22,322 bases of DNA, taken from Psammoneis japonica (lineage: Eukaryota). The notes beneath the pieces were generated by a model that searched no databases, had not been told where the DNA came from, and was given only the letters and a program-made list of their open reading frames with translations. Of this stretch, positions 11,324-21,929 are shown one piece after another (position 1 is the first letter of the stretch; every line of letters starts with the position of its first letter). Location: assembly GCA_008632985.1 (NCBI GenBank), contig QPGO01000005.1, positions 1,199,607-1,221,928 of the forward strand. The letters run 5' to 3'. The position numbers were made by a program, and so were the translations under genes.

Positions 11324-11640
11324 GGGGAAATCTGACCTTGTTTCATGACATTGCATGACGTTTGCCATGGTCCATGGTGTGCCAGAATCTGACATTGTGT
11401 TGGTGACATCAGCAGTCATGTGGAAACAGCATGAAAAATGAGCAACAGAGGGAAATCTGACCTTGTGTTGTGACATTGCATGACGTTTCACTGTGGTGAG
11501 CCAGAGCCCAACATTGTGGTGGTGACATCAGCAGCTGCATGAGAACAGTGGGAAAAACAAGCAACAGAGGGAAATCTGACCTTGCGTCATGACATTGCAT
11601 GATGTTTTGCCATGGTGAGCCAGGGTCTGACATTGTGTGG
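11324..11640. repeat. ~120-bp tandem repeat, about 2.6 units
   Basis: AAATCTGACCTTG..TGACATTGCATGA starts at 11328, 11453 and 11572 (spacing 125 and 119). Confidence 0.9.
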
Positions 11641-12552
11641 CACAGGCATCCCCACCGTGGCCACCGACGACGCCACTTTCCTGCATCTGCAGGCTGTCCG
11701 CAGCAATGCTGATCCTGCAGAAGCGTGCTGCAGAAAGCACGACTCCCAGTGCGAGACCTGCAATGGGCCACAGGAGTGACCCACATGACTGAGACCTGTG
11801 CAGCTGGCCATCGCGCAAGTGGCTTGCCTTGTGTGAAGGGTCTGCGCAGGATGCATGCAGCGCCAAGCATGAGCCTGTGAATTGGCTCCGCATGAGCATC
11901 AATCAAGTGTTGCAAAAGACTCAGGCTCAAATCTTTCCAATGACTCATCATGTAAAAAGAACTCCCATTTCTTGGAAAAAGACACCATCGTGCATCTGCA
12001 CTCTAGCCAGCTAAAACAATCTCACAATTTTTGCACACACACAAAACAAATCTCCATCTCTGTGGTTCAAGTGCTTGTCCCCCATTTCTGCATGGGTCAA
12101 CTGCAGCCATGACATTGCAGCATGTGTCAAAATGGGGGGGAAGTGATTGCCAACTGCCAAGGTTTCATTGCAGCCAACACAAGCCATGAAAACTCTCATC
12201 TAAAATGAGGGCATGCTTGCTGAAATGTCCAGACAGGAACACATCAAAATGTGGCTGTTGATTGGAAAAAGTTTTGTGTGACATGGCCAAGTGGAGATGT
12301 GTCAACATGAGGGAGGTTTGGGAGTGAAGTCACTTGAGACGGTGCTCCCCTGACATGGACACCCAACATGAGGGACTCCCTTGAGATCAAGTCCCTTGCA
12401 ATGGAAAAACACCCTCAAACTGTGAAAAGTCTGGTTAAACCCATTTCCTGTGTGCTGCTGAGAGATGGGGAAAGCCAGTCCGCTGTCTCAAGCATTTGAG
12501 CCAGACACCAAACCAAGTTGCTGCATTGAGTGCAAAGGGACCCCTCCAAGCA

Positions 12553-12950
12553 ATCAAGTGGCATGTGGGCACATCATTTGCAGTGCTGCATCCAGACTTT
12601 ATGAGCTGCACAAGAGGGGCTGTGACCACAAGCAATGGAGCAGTGCAGGCTGCATTGAAACACCAGAAGCTGAGCACCCAAAGCAGCACAGAGGCTGAAC
12701 TTGTGGGAGTCAATGATGCAATGATGATGACTCTGTGGATGAAGTTGTTGTTCGTGGAGCATCAGGTGCATCTAATTGACAAGAACAATGTCCTGCATCA
12801 AGGCAACAAGAGTGCTGGGCCATCAGAAGCTGCAATCTCAGAGCACAGCATTGTCCAGCCAATGACGTGCTTGTTGGAGTCCTCTTGACTGAGAAACCAT
12901 TGCAGGGCAAGAAGTTTTGAAAGCTCAAATGAGACATTGCGGGCTGTTGA
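12553..12950 (+). mobile_element. Decayed Ty1/copia (CoDi-like) pol RNase H C-terminal fragment
   Basis: IKWHVGTSFAVLHPDFMSCT...QKLSTQSSTEAELVGVNDAM..TLW..LF.EHQVH...NVLHQGNKSA, then QHCP..D......KPLQGKKF*KLK*DIAG. Recalled copia consensus: WYVDASFAVHPD.KSHTG...KQKLNT.SSTEAELV..DD......W...F.E.QGY....ILYQDNKSA...EYCPT.EM..DF.TKPLQG..FRKFR..I.G. Confidence 0.92.
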
Positions 12951-15900
12951 CTTTGAGCATGACAAAAGCAGCTCCTGTTTGTGACATCAGACAAGAACTC
13001 CGATGCACGTGGGCAAAAGATCCCTGCAACCCAGAAAGGGTCATGAGCCACACAGTTCAGCCAGCTGCACTTCAGAGCATCATCAGCCATGAACAAACTT
13101 GGATGAAAATGAGTTTGCTTTGCAGCACAACAGTGTGGTGGCCCAGCAATGGCTGTGGGACTGCTGCTCTGGAGCAAGTTTCACAAACTTGCAGACTTGG
13201 CAGGAGATGAAAGATGAGTGGTTGTGGACAAGGATCATTGTGGCAGAGCATCAAAAGAGCCAATGAAATGGATCAGAAGCAGCAAGATGAGGTTGACTCA
13301 ACCCATGTCTCCACCATGATGTCACAGACCTGTCTCATGTTCTGGGAGACATCATTGATGAAACAAAGAGAGACTCTGCAGACACACCTTCCTGTTGGCT
13401 GTTGGGGGGGAACCAGGCAATGCTTTGGTTTTGTGGCAAGACCCGCAGATGAATGGGTGCCAGTTGATGAAGGAGGTGGACAAGGAAATGCAATGAGAGT
13501 GGAGTCTTGAAGTGCACAAATGTGTGTCTGCTGTCACACCAATGTTCTCCATCCACAATGATCTGAGGAGAGCATCTGAGATTCAACATCATGATTGCAA
13601 AGCACACAAAGACCAAAGAACATTGGCAAATCATGGGAGGCCAAGCCGGGGGGCAAGATGAGCTGTGTTGTTGCAGACAACACAATGATGGCAAGGAGCA
13701 CATGAGAAATGAGTGCGCCACCAGATCAATGGACAATGAGTGTTGCAGCTGGCCCTGGAAAAGAGCAACATCTGTGACCCATGCAAGATGTTGAGCATCA
13801 GTTTTCCCACCTGTGGTGCAGACAAATGTGGAGCATGTGGTCCCTTTGTGGGTTGTTCTGCTGTGGAATGGAGTTCTTTGATTTGACTCCTGAGATGGCC
13901 AGCGGTTGGATTGTGGACCTGATTGATGGCTCAAACAGCAAAGTTGCAAAAGAGGAGATTTTGTCATGCTTGTGTGGAGCATTTTGTGGAGTGTGTCACC
14001 CTTGTTTGACTGCATGGTTGATCACTCTGATGATGGGCAGCGCACCAGCTTGCACATTTCTGAGTTGCAGGGTGTCAGCTGCAGGGCAAGAGGTGAACAT
14101 GACACCAACTTGCTTGGTCACTGCACCAGATGGATCTGTTTTCCTCAATGTCAGCCAGACCTGTCTGGCCAGCAAAACATTGATGCAAGTGGCAAGAGTG
14201 CATTGGAAGGAGCCTGGCTTTCTCTCAGATCACCATGGCCAATGTTGAGCTCCCGGGGCCTGTCTTTTTGAGTGGCTTGACTGCACTGGCCCACAGCCAT
14301 TGTTGTCACACTGGCACCACTGTGCTGCACAGGCATTGTTTCAGAAGGCAAAAAACAATGTGTGCTGCTTGGTGTGGTGAGTGAAATCAAATTGTCTGAT
14401 TTGTGCTCATGCTTTGTTGCACTGGAACTCTGTCAATGGGCCAAAGAACAGGCACTCCTGCTGGGTGTTGTAGGGTGCTCACTCAAGATCCAACAGCCCC
14501 CCTGTTGTTGTTGACAGCACCATTTGTCGGCTTGTGACTGAGTGCATGTTTAAAAGTGGCATGACCAGCTGCTCTTCACTGCTCTCTGATGGTCTGTTTT
14601 GTCCAAGTTGGCAACAAACAGACACAGGAGAGGATGACAGCTGCAGCTTGGTCACACACTGCACCCACACTCAGCATCAGATTGATGTGCCAAGCGGCAC
14701 ATGCAGAGCTCTCGTCCTTTCAAATGGTCTTGCCATGTGGCAACTTCCTGCCTCTGCAGATTTGGAAAACAAGGGGACACTGGGATGGAGCCACCCAGCA
14801 TGTGCACAAATGCTGGTGGCAACTGGCATGACAAATTGTGCCCCGAGCTGCAGCACTTCAATCTGATGAGCTGCCATCACCTGCCACCTGCTCCTGGCCA
14901 AGGCTGTCAAACTTAAAATGCTGGTGCAAAATGGCTCCTCCTCCTCATGTTTCAAACAGCTGACACCACCTGTGGCAGAGCTGCAATGAGCACAGTGTGA
15001 CCCTGCCAAAAAAGTCTCAGATGCTGGCACGCCAATGTCCACACTGTTGTTTGATGACAGAAGCCCTCCCACTTTGGCAAACAACCTCAGAGCACTTTGC
15101 AGAGATGCAGCCAGCCAGCTTGCTTTTTGACAAATGTGTCTGAGTTCAAACCAGTGGCACTCACACTGCAAGCTGAGGAAAGTGGAAAAATTGGGACAAC
15201 TCCACTGTGTGAGAAAGAAGTGCACTGAAATCTGCAAAAGCAGGCAATTGCTGCAACCATGTGTGGCTCTTGGAGCCTGGCAGGTTTTGCAATCTTTCTT
15301 GTGTTGTTCTGTTTTTTCAACATTTTCAAAAAGCCACATCATGGCAAACCTTCAAGAACCTGCCTGGAAGGTTCAATGCCATTGTGCAATGAGCTGTGGC
15401 CAACACCATTGCTTGGCACTCCTCTCTTTCTGTCAACCACACACTTGGCAGAACATTCCTCTGGGCCCTTGATTTCTCAGCTTTGTGGCTTTGCAAACTT
15501 CCAAATTTTGATGCCAGCACCAGCACCATGTTTGCTCTCCAATGGGAACTGTCATGTCAGGATTTGGCATCATTGCTGAAACAAAGTTGTCATTTTCATC
15601 AACCCAGACAGACAAGAAAGGAAGGTGGGCACATTCCATCCCCAGCCAACTCAAAAAAATGGTGGGAGGGGTGCCATTGACCCAGTGCTTGTGCAGCAAT
15701 GGCATGGGCATGTGGCCTTTGCAGCTGAGTGCAAGAGAAAAAGGCTCACTTTCATGGCAAGCACAGTTCTTCTTCAAGCTCTGGGAGGCATTTTCCCCTG
15801 TCATTGCTGTGCAGGAAATCCCAGCATCAGCAGCACGGGGTTTGCCCCCAAAGTGTCAGCAAGCACTTCAAACCCAGTGTGTCAGCAAGCACTGTTGAAG

Positions 15901-16980
15901 TCACTGCCACATTGACTGTGCATCTCCAGTTTGGAGAGAACTTCTCTTGAAGAGAGCCTGATGCTGGCAAGTTTGACCTTGGGAAAACCTGCACATGCCC
16001 CACGGACACTGCCACCTTGATGATGCACTCTCTGGCCGTGCTGGAAGAAGATCCCAATGTCTGTGTTCCAAACGTTGGTGAATTTGAGAAAGGCACTGTG
16101 ACAAAATGAAGGCATTGCAGACTTTGCAGACTGCCATGATCTGCTTGCTTCAGTGCCCATGTGTCATGACAATTGGCGGTGTGACACATCTGCATCAAAG
16201 AAAGCAGAGCTGAGAAGCCATCAACCAAAACAATTCATTCATGATTTTTTTTAGAAAAGAAGAGCTGAGCATGCCAAAAGTGGCAGTGCTGTGCAAGCAG
16301 CACTTGGTCTGTCTTTTGTGCCAGAAGCTCAGCTCAGGGAGAACAAAGGAGATTTTTGGAGGTGTGCCAAAGTCCCTGACTGGCTCAAACTCCATGATCA
16401 AGTTCTCTGTCCATTTGCAGGTTGGCCAAGAAGGTGTCACAAAGCATGCATCTTTGAAGATCCCGCAAAGGATGGCATGGTTTTGGGCAGCTGCTCTTTC
16501 AAAAGAAATTGTCTGAGCCACTCAGATGTGATGGCATCTTGGTTGGGCTGCTGTTGCACCACTGATGATTGTGAGGTTCTGTGGGCTCTCCTCATGCTTG
16601 CGCACAAAGTGGGCAACACTGTTTGCTGCATTTGTGTTCTCTTTAGAACAGCAAAAACACAAGACAACTGCAGAACAATTTTCTTGGGACAAAAAAATCT
16701 TCTGTCCAAATCTCAGGTGGAAGTGGCACTCCTTGTCCACCAGAGAATGGCAGGGGAACAGAAAAAAGAAAGTGCCTTGGCTGCACCCATTTTCCAGTGG
16801 AGCATGGAAAGAATCCAAGAAGTGACATCTGAGCTGCTCACAATGACATGTGTCCCTGCAGGGGCCAGCCATGAGAAACTTTGACCCATGTCTGTTTGAC
16901 CTTGATCACCGCTGCTGCACACCAAAGGAGTCAATGGTCACGGCCCATCTCTGAGGATCAAAGGCATGCTGGGCAACATG

Positions 16981-17150
16981 AAAGTGAAGGCTTGTTCCAA
17001 TCATGGGTGCAACTGCTTTGGGAGTTGGCCAAAGGCATTGCTGGGGTGCTCCAGCTGCAGAAAGACCATCACTGCTCAGCAGACTGCCAGGTGAAAGACT
17101 GGAAAGAGGGTGGCCACAAGAAAGCATGTAGAAAGAAAGAGCAAACTGCA
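16981..17150 (+). pseudogene. Decayed MYND zinc-finger gene fragment; upstream ORF 16291..16884 is in frame with its N-half and may belong to it
   Basis: KACSNHGCNCFGSWPKALLGCSSCRKT, frameshift, then HCSADCQVKDWKEGGHKKACRK. Fits MYND pattern C..C...CxxC....YCSxxCQxxxW...HKxxC with the conserved Tyr read as His (CAC 17070-17072). Confidence 0.85.
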
Positions 17151-17669
17151 CGCCAACACGTTCATGAGAGCAGCTTTCCTTGCTTCATGACAATGACAAG
17201 CAACAACCAATCATTGCAACTCTCATGCTTTTGTTTCCACCACGATGTGTGAACTCATTTGCAGAACCAAGAGATGTGCTTTAATTCTCTTGCTTCCAGC
17301 TTCAGTGGTGAGGCTTTCTCCAATCTTGCTGCAGAGCCAGATTGAATTTGGACCTGTCCACAGATCCGTCTTCACCAGCTTGGCACACTCTTCAGGTGCA
17401 AGGAACAACTTTTGTCTGCCAAACTGACGCACAGTGCTTGCATCCAAACATGTCACAAATGGCATTGCCAGGCACTTCAACACTGGGACAATGATCTGTT
17501 CCTGGCTCTGAGGGGGTCAAAGTCCACATTTGTTGTCAAAACGCAATGACACCCTCACAACGTCAGACAGTTGAGCAATGCAATCCATTCAATTGCTGTT
17601 CCCTCACTCAAAAAAACAAGCACCCCTGTGCCATCTAAGATCCCTGCAATCAATCTGAAAAGACTTGGC

Positions 17670-18125
17670 GCACCTTGTGATCCAGGCGGACATCCAGCAC
17701 CCTTCTGTGTGGTTCAATGCCATTCAGCTCTTGAGCGGCATTCTCCACATTGCTCTTCTGATGGAGTTGTGTGGCACCAAATCCTTTCTTCCTGCCATCT
17801 GTGGTCTCCATGACTTTGGCTCATTTCACATTGCCACATGTCCCAAAGTGATCCTTGAGATCTTGCCAAGTGGTGCTGCAGGAAAGGTTTCCAACAAAAA
17901 GTTGGAAACCGCTGCTGCCACCACCATGTCCTCTGCTTTGGTGTCCACCTTGAGAATGTCCACCACTGCCTCCAAATTGGTTTTGGTCTTCACAAATGGA
18001 AATCTCACATCCATTGAGCTCTGAATTCTGAAGCTCACAAATGGCCCTTGCAGCCTGTTGTGGGTGCTGACAAACAACAACTCCACAACCAATCAAACGT
18101 CCATCATGGTCACTGAGCATTGATG
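17670..18125 (-). pseudogene. Decayed fragment of a Gbp2/hnRNP-M-like multi-RRM RNA-binding protein gene
   Basis: GRLIGCGVVVCQHPQQAARAICELQNSELNGCEISICED, Gly-rich linker, QLFVGNLSCSTTWQDLKDHFGTCGNVK*AKVMETTDGRKKGFGATQLH...AAQELNGIEPHRRVLDVRLDHK. RNP2/RNP1 motifs are present, and the frame continues through an in-frame TGA (17821-17823) where Arg is expected. Confidence 0.88.
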
Positions 18126-18360
18126 CCTGCATTTGCAAAGAGATGCAGAGGCACCAGGTTCAGCAACCTCAAAACAAACAAAACAAAGTTGCAATGATCA
18201 TTGCCTGTGAAACCAACCTGGTCAATGTTTCCAGCTGCATGCATGTGATCTTTTAGAGTCTGCCAGTGTGCATTGCAGGGCAGGTTCCAAACATGCCCTG
18301 AAGTCCCCTGACAACAGCCTCCGCCATTGCAAAAGCCACCAGTTGCTCCACTGCTTGTCT

Positions 18361-19330
18361 CTCAGTCTTGCCATCCACTGCAGTTTCTTGAAACTCACAT
18401 GACCAAATTGTTGGTGGCATTTTAGGAGTGGTGATGCCCCAGCAGTTCCTTGGTGGTGCTCTTCATCCTTTGCCACCATTGGTGGCTCAGAGACTTTGTC
18501 CTGCACCACAGTTGGTTTGAGGTTGAACTTGGCAAGTTGTCCATGTCTCCCTCATGCTTGCCACTCATCTTTGGTCTGTCTGAGTCAAAAACTGCTGCTG
18601 TCAAAAACTGCTGCTGTGGACCCATCACCTTTCCCAGGAGCCAACTCTGAGTCTTGCAATTGGTTTTGGCCTGTGGGTTTTCATTCTCTGTGCAGCACTT
18701 GCATTTTCTCCCTCAGCCTTGTCTTGGTCCTCATTGTCACTTGCAGTGGTGGCCTCTTTGGCAGGTGCAGCATCCTTGACTTTGTGCACTGGGTCAATGT
18801 CAGCCTTGGCACAGAATGCCTTGCACATCTGATGTTGTGGTTCCAAGTGAAATGTTGCCACATTGCTCATCTCACTCACTGGCACAGGTCGGTGTTTCTT
18901 CTGGCTCATCCAACAGAGGGCACCTGCTTTGAGTCAGTCTTGCTGCCAGCCCCTCTTCTCTGAATTTGTCATCCCACTGGGTTTTAGCCCGGTGTTGAGG
19001 GCTGCACAACGTGACCTTCCTGCTTGGTGAGCAAAACAAGTTTGGCATCTTGAGCTTGTGTGCTCCACCTTCATCATCATTGCACCTCTTCAGCAGGGTG
19101 CTGACCTTGACTCCTGTTGCTTGAGAACCATCTGAAACCTTTTGTGGTCCTGTTGCAATCTTGCAGTTCACAGATGAAGTCTTCTGCACAATTGGATGTG
19201 CAACCTGCAGCCTGATTGTCAACTCTGACTGGTCCAGAATCAGTGTCAAAGGCCACTGTGTGCTCCAAGATGCTCTTGTGCTGAGCTTGCATTGCCGCCA
19301 CAACCACAGCCAATGCTGCGGCACAATGTC
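18361..19330 (-). mobile_element. Decayed Ty1/copia (CoDi-like) polyprotein fragment: protease region to GAG-pre-integrase
   Basis: Across frameshifts: VAFDTDSGPVRVDNQAAGCTS..AEDFI.EL.DCNRTTKGF, VKVSTLL...DDEG.AHKLKMPN.....KVTLCSPQH, SNVATFHLEPQH...AFCA, LLKCHQQFGHVSFKKLQWMARL. These match recalled FDTDS..IG.DN, LLSPQHW, NVATF and H.RFGH.SF.KL..MA motifs. Confidence 0.85.
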
Positions 19331-19764
19331 CTGATTGCTTTGGGCTCTTGAGCTTGTCTGTGGACTGGCAGAGTCTTTGGATCCCCCCTCTTCTGTGCAA
19401 GTCAGCTTCAATGGAGTGCGCAACTGGCAAATGCAATGGGCAATTGACTTTCCTCAAACATCAGGAAACTGGCATGAGAACACCTCAATCTGATTGGATG
19501 ATTGGCTTGCAAGACACAATGAGAGGGAGTGTGAAGATTGTCAAATCATCGTGACAGTCATTGTGCCTCACCATTTTGATGACTTGTGTCATCAGGGCCA
19601 GCATCATTCAAAACACTCCAAAGAGAGGATGCACTGCATGCAGTCTCTAGAGAGCTTCCTCTCCTTACAATCTCAATTTAGTCGCTGCAACACCAGCACC
19701 TGGAACCACCCCAATTGCCCCAATGTCCTTTGTTCATCACCACACTTTCTCTGTTGACTTTGCT

Positions 19765-20593
19765 CTGGACATCACAACACTTGATGGCCCATCAACATTG
19801 GGTCTTGTGTGTGAGTGCAGCAAGAGTCTGGCATTGTCTGGCATGGGTCAAATCACAATGCTTGCAAATGATGATGCCAAAACAGGGCCAGAAGATGTGC
19901 ACCACAACAAAGAGCTGGACAACTCAGGTCGGGGATGTTAAAAAGCTGCTCAATCAGCCAGGTGTTGAGGTGGAGGAGGAGACTGATGAGACTGATGTTC
20001 TTGTGAATTGTTTGCATGGATTGAACCCTTCTGTTTGTGTTTCAAAAATGATTGGATCACAATTGAAAGAGAGACAAGATGCAGAGGGTGGGATGCTTGC
20101 ATGCATGGATCACCCAAACTCCACTCAAATGAATCTGAACTGTGTTTGCCGTGAAAAGAGCATGCCTTTTGTTGCCTCAAAGACTGCAGGCATGTGCGGA
20201 TGCACATTTTGTGACTTCAGTCCCCCTTTGTTTCAAGCAGTTGGCTCCAATGGTGAAACTCCACTCATCATGCCGCCAGGTCATGTCAAGACAGTGGGAG
20301 ACAAGCCAAAGGTTGGATGTCTCAAGGGCAAAAAACATGATGTTTCCAAGGGTGGCAAAATTGTTTTCTGGCTTGGGAATGGCAGCAAGAAGATGCCAAG
20401 TTGTTGCATGGTGATGGGCGCCCTCAATCTAACAACTTTTGCCACTCTGTTGGAATCAACTGAGGGAGTCCCAGAGACTGACCTGGTCAACAAAATCAAT
20501 GACAATGCACCATGCTTCAGCCGAGCTAAAATTCTCACCTCAAAAAGTTGCATTCAAGCTGCTGGAAAAAGGGGGACAAATCTGCGGATCTGA
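19765..20593 (+). pseudogene. Decayed ubiquitin-activating enzyme E1 (UBA1/ThiF-family) N-terminal fragment
   Basis: GLVCECSKSLALSGMGQIT (cf. G...E.AKNL.L.GV), frameshift, then L.GLNPSV.V and LNCVCREKSMPFVASKTAGMCGCTFCDFSPPLF....NGETP (cf. N..CR.....F......G..G..FCDFG..F...D.DGE.P of UBA1). Confidence 0.75.
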
Positions 20594-21929
20594 CTCTGTC
20601 CATTTTGTTCCCCGGCACTGTGTGAACAGACCAGGTGGCTGCCAATGCATTGTGCGAAGTGGAGGCATCAGAGCCAGCCAGAAAAGAGAAAAAAATGGAG
20701 TTGAAACCAGAGCTGGAACCCCCACCACAAAACGTGGTGGGGGCCCATGCTGGAATCAAAAACAGTCAAACAGGTCAAATTGAGTCATGACACCACATCA
20801 TGCGTGCATCTCCAAGAATGGCCATGACAGCAGTGAACCCATCCAATGAGGTTGAGGCTTTTGAACAAATGCTGGCACACTGTCATGAATGTGGGCAGTT
20901 GTGTGCCATTGGCGATTGGTCCACTGTTGCTTGTTTGGTGGTCCCAGCAGCATGGCATCTCACAATTCTAGAACCTGTTGATGCTGTTCAACACTCTGTT
21001 TTGTCTTGCACCCAATTCTCAGCTGTCATGGCAGCATTTGTTCACTTCATCAGAGCCAATGCACTGTGATGTTCATCACCTGGAATGGGCATTGTGAACA
21101 GTGCAACAGTGTTGTTGCGATTGATCAATTTTTGTGGTGAGTGCCATGTTGGTCCCATGGTTGCTCACACAATCGCTGAGTCCTTTACATGCGTTGATGT
21201 TCATGCGCATGAATGACATGCTCCAGGAGGCCAGAGCTGCAATCCGTTGGACATGACATTGAGAAATGAAATGTTTGATCCCATGAATGGAGTGTGCAGG
21301 CTAAGACATGCAAACATGCATGAGAGAAGGTTGACATGACAATTCATGTGTGGAGGTCTGTCATTTGACCATGTGCATTTGTTCAAGCAGAATCCGTTGA
21401 CATGACACCTGCACACTGCACATGTGGATGCATGCCTGTTGGAAATTGTTGCTCAGAAGTCACCTTGCCTGCTCGCAGGTTCGCTGAGCAGAAATTGCCA
21501 AAGCGACACAAGAAACACACAAATCTCCTCTCACACAAGTGCATCAGAGTGCACGAAATGTCAAAAATGTGAAGATTCACACAATGACAATTTGTCGAAA
21601 TGTTGCAAAAAATTGTTGTCATGCAATGACAGGCCAACCTCTGGTCACAAGTTTGCTGTGCCAACACTGCAATGACTTGCCAAGAATTGTGTGTGCCATT
21701 TTTCACTGTGTCCACATCACTGCATCTGCCTCCACCTTGTTGCCATGTGCCAATGCATGGTTGCATTGCCGCACAATCCTTGGTTTGTCAATTTTTGCAA
21801 ACATCATTTTAAACAAGAAAAGCATTTCATCGGTTGGGTCAATCCCTTGTTGCATCTGCAGTGCAGTGACCGAGTGCCATGTTAACTGTGCACACATTTT
21901 CTTGCTGCAACTCTCTCAAACCAAGCCAA

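Noticed and set aside
13200..16200. Cys-rich ORFs as zinc-finger or metallothionein-like proteins
   Set aside because: Cys/His excess is the expected product of TA>TG/CA and CG>TG/CA changes, and no recognisable domain spacing was found.
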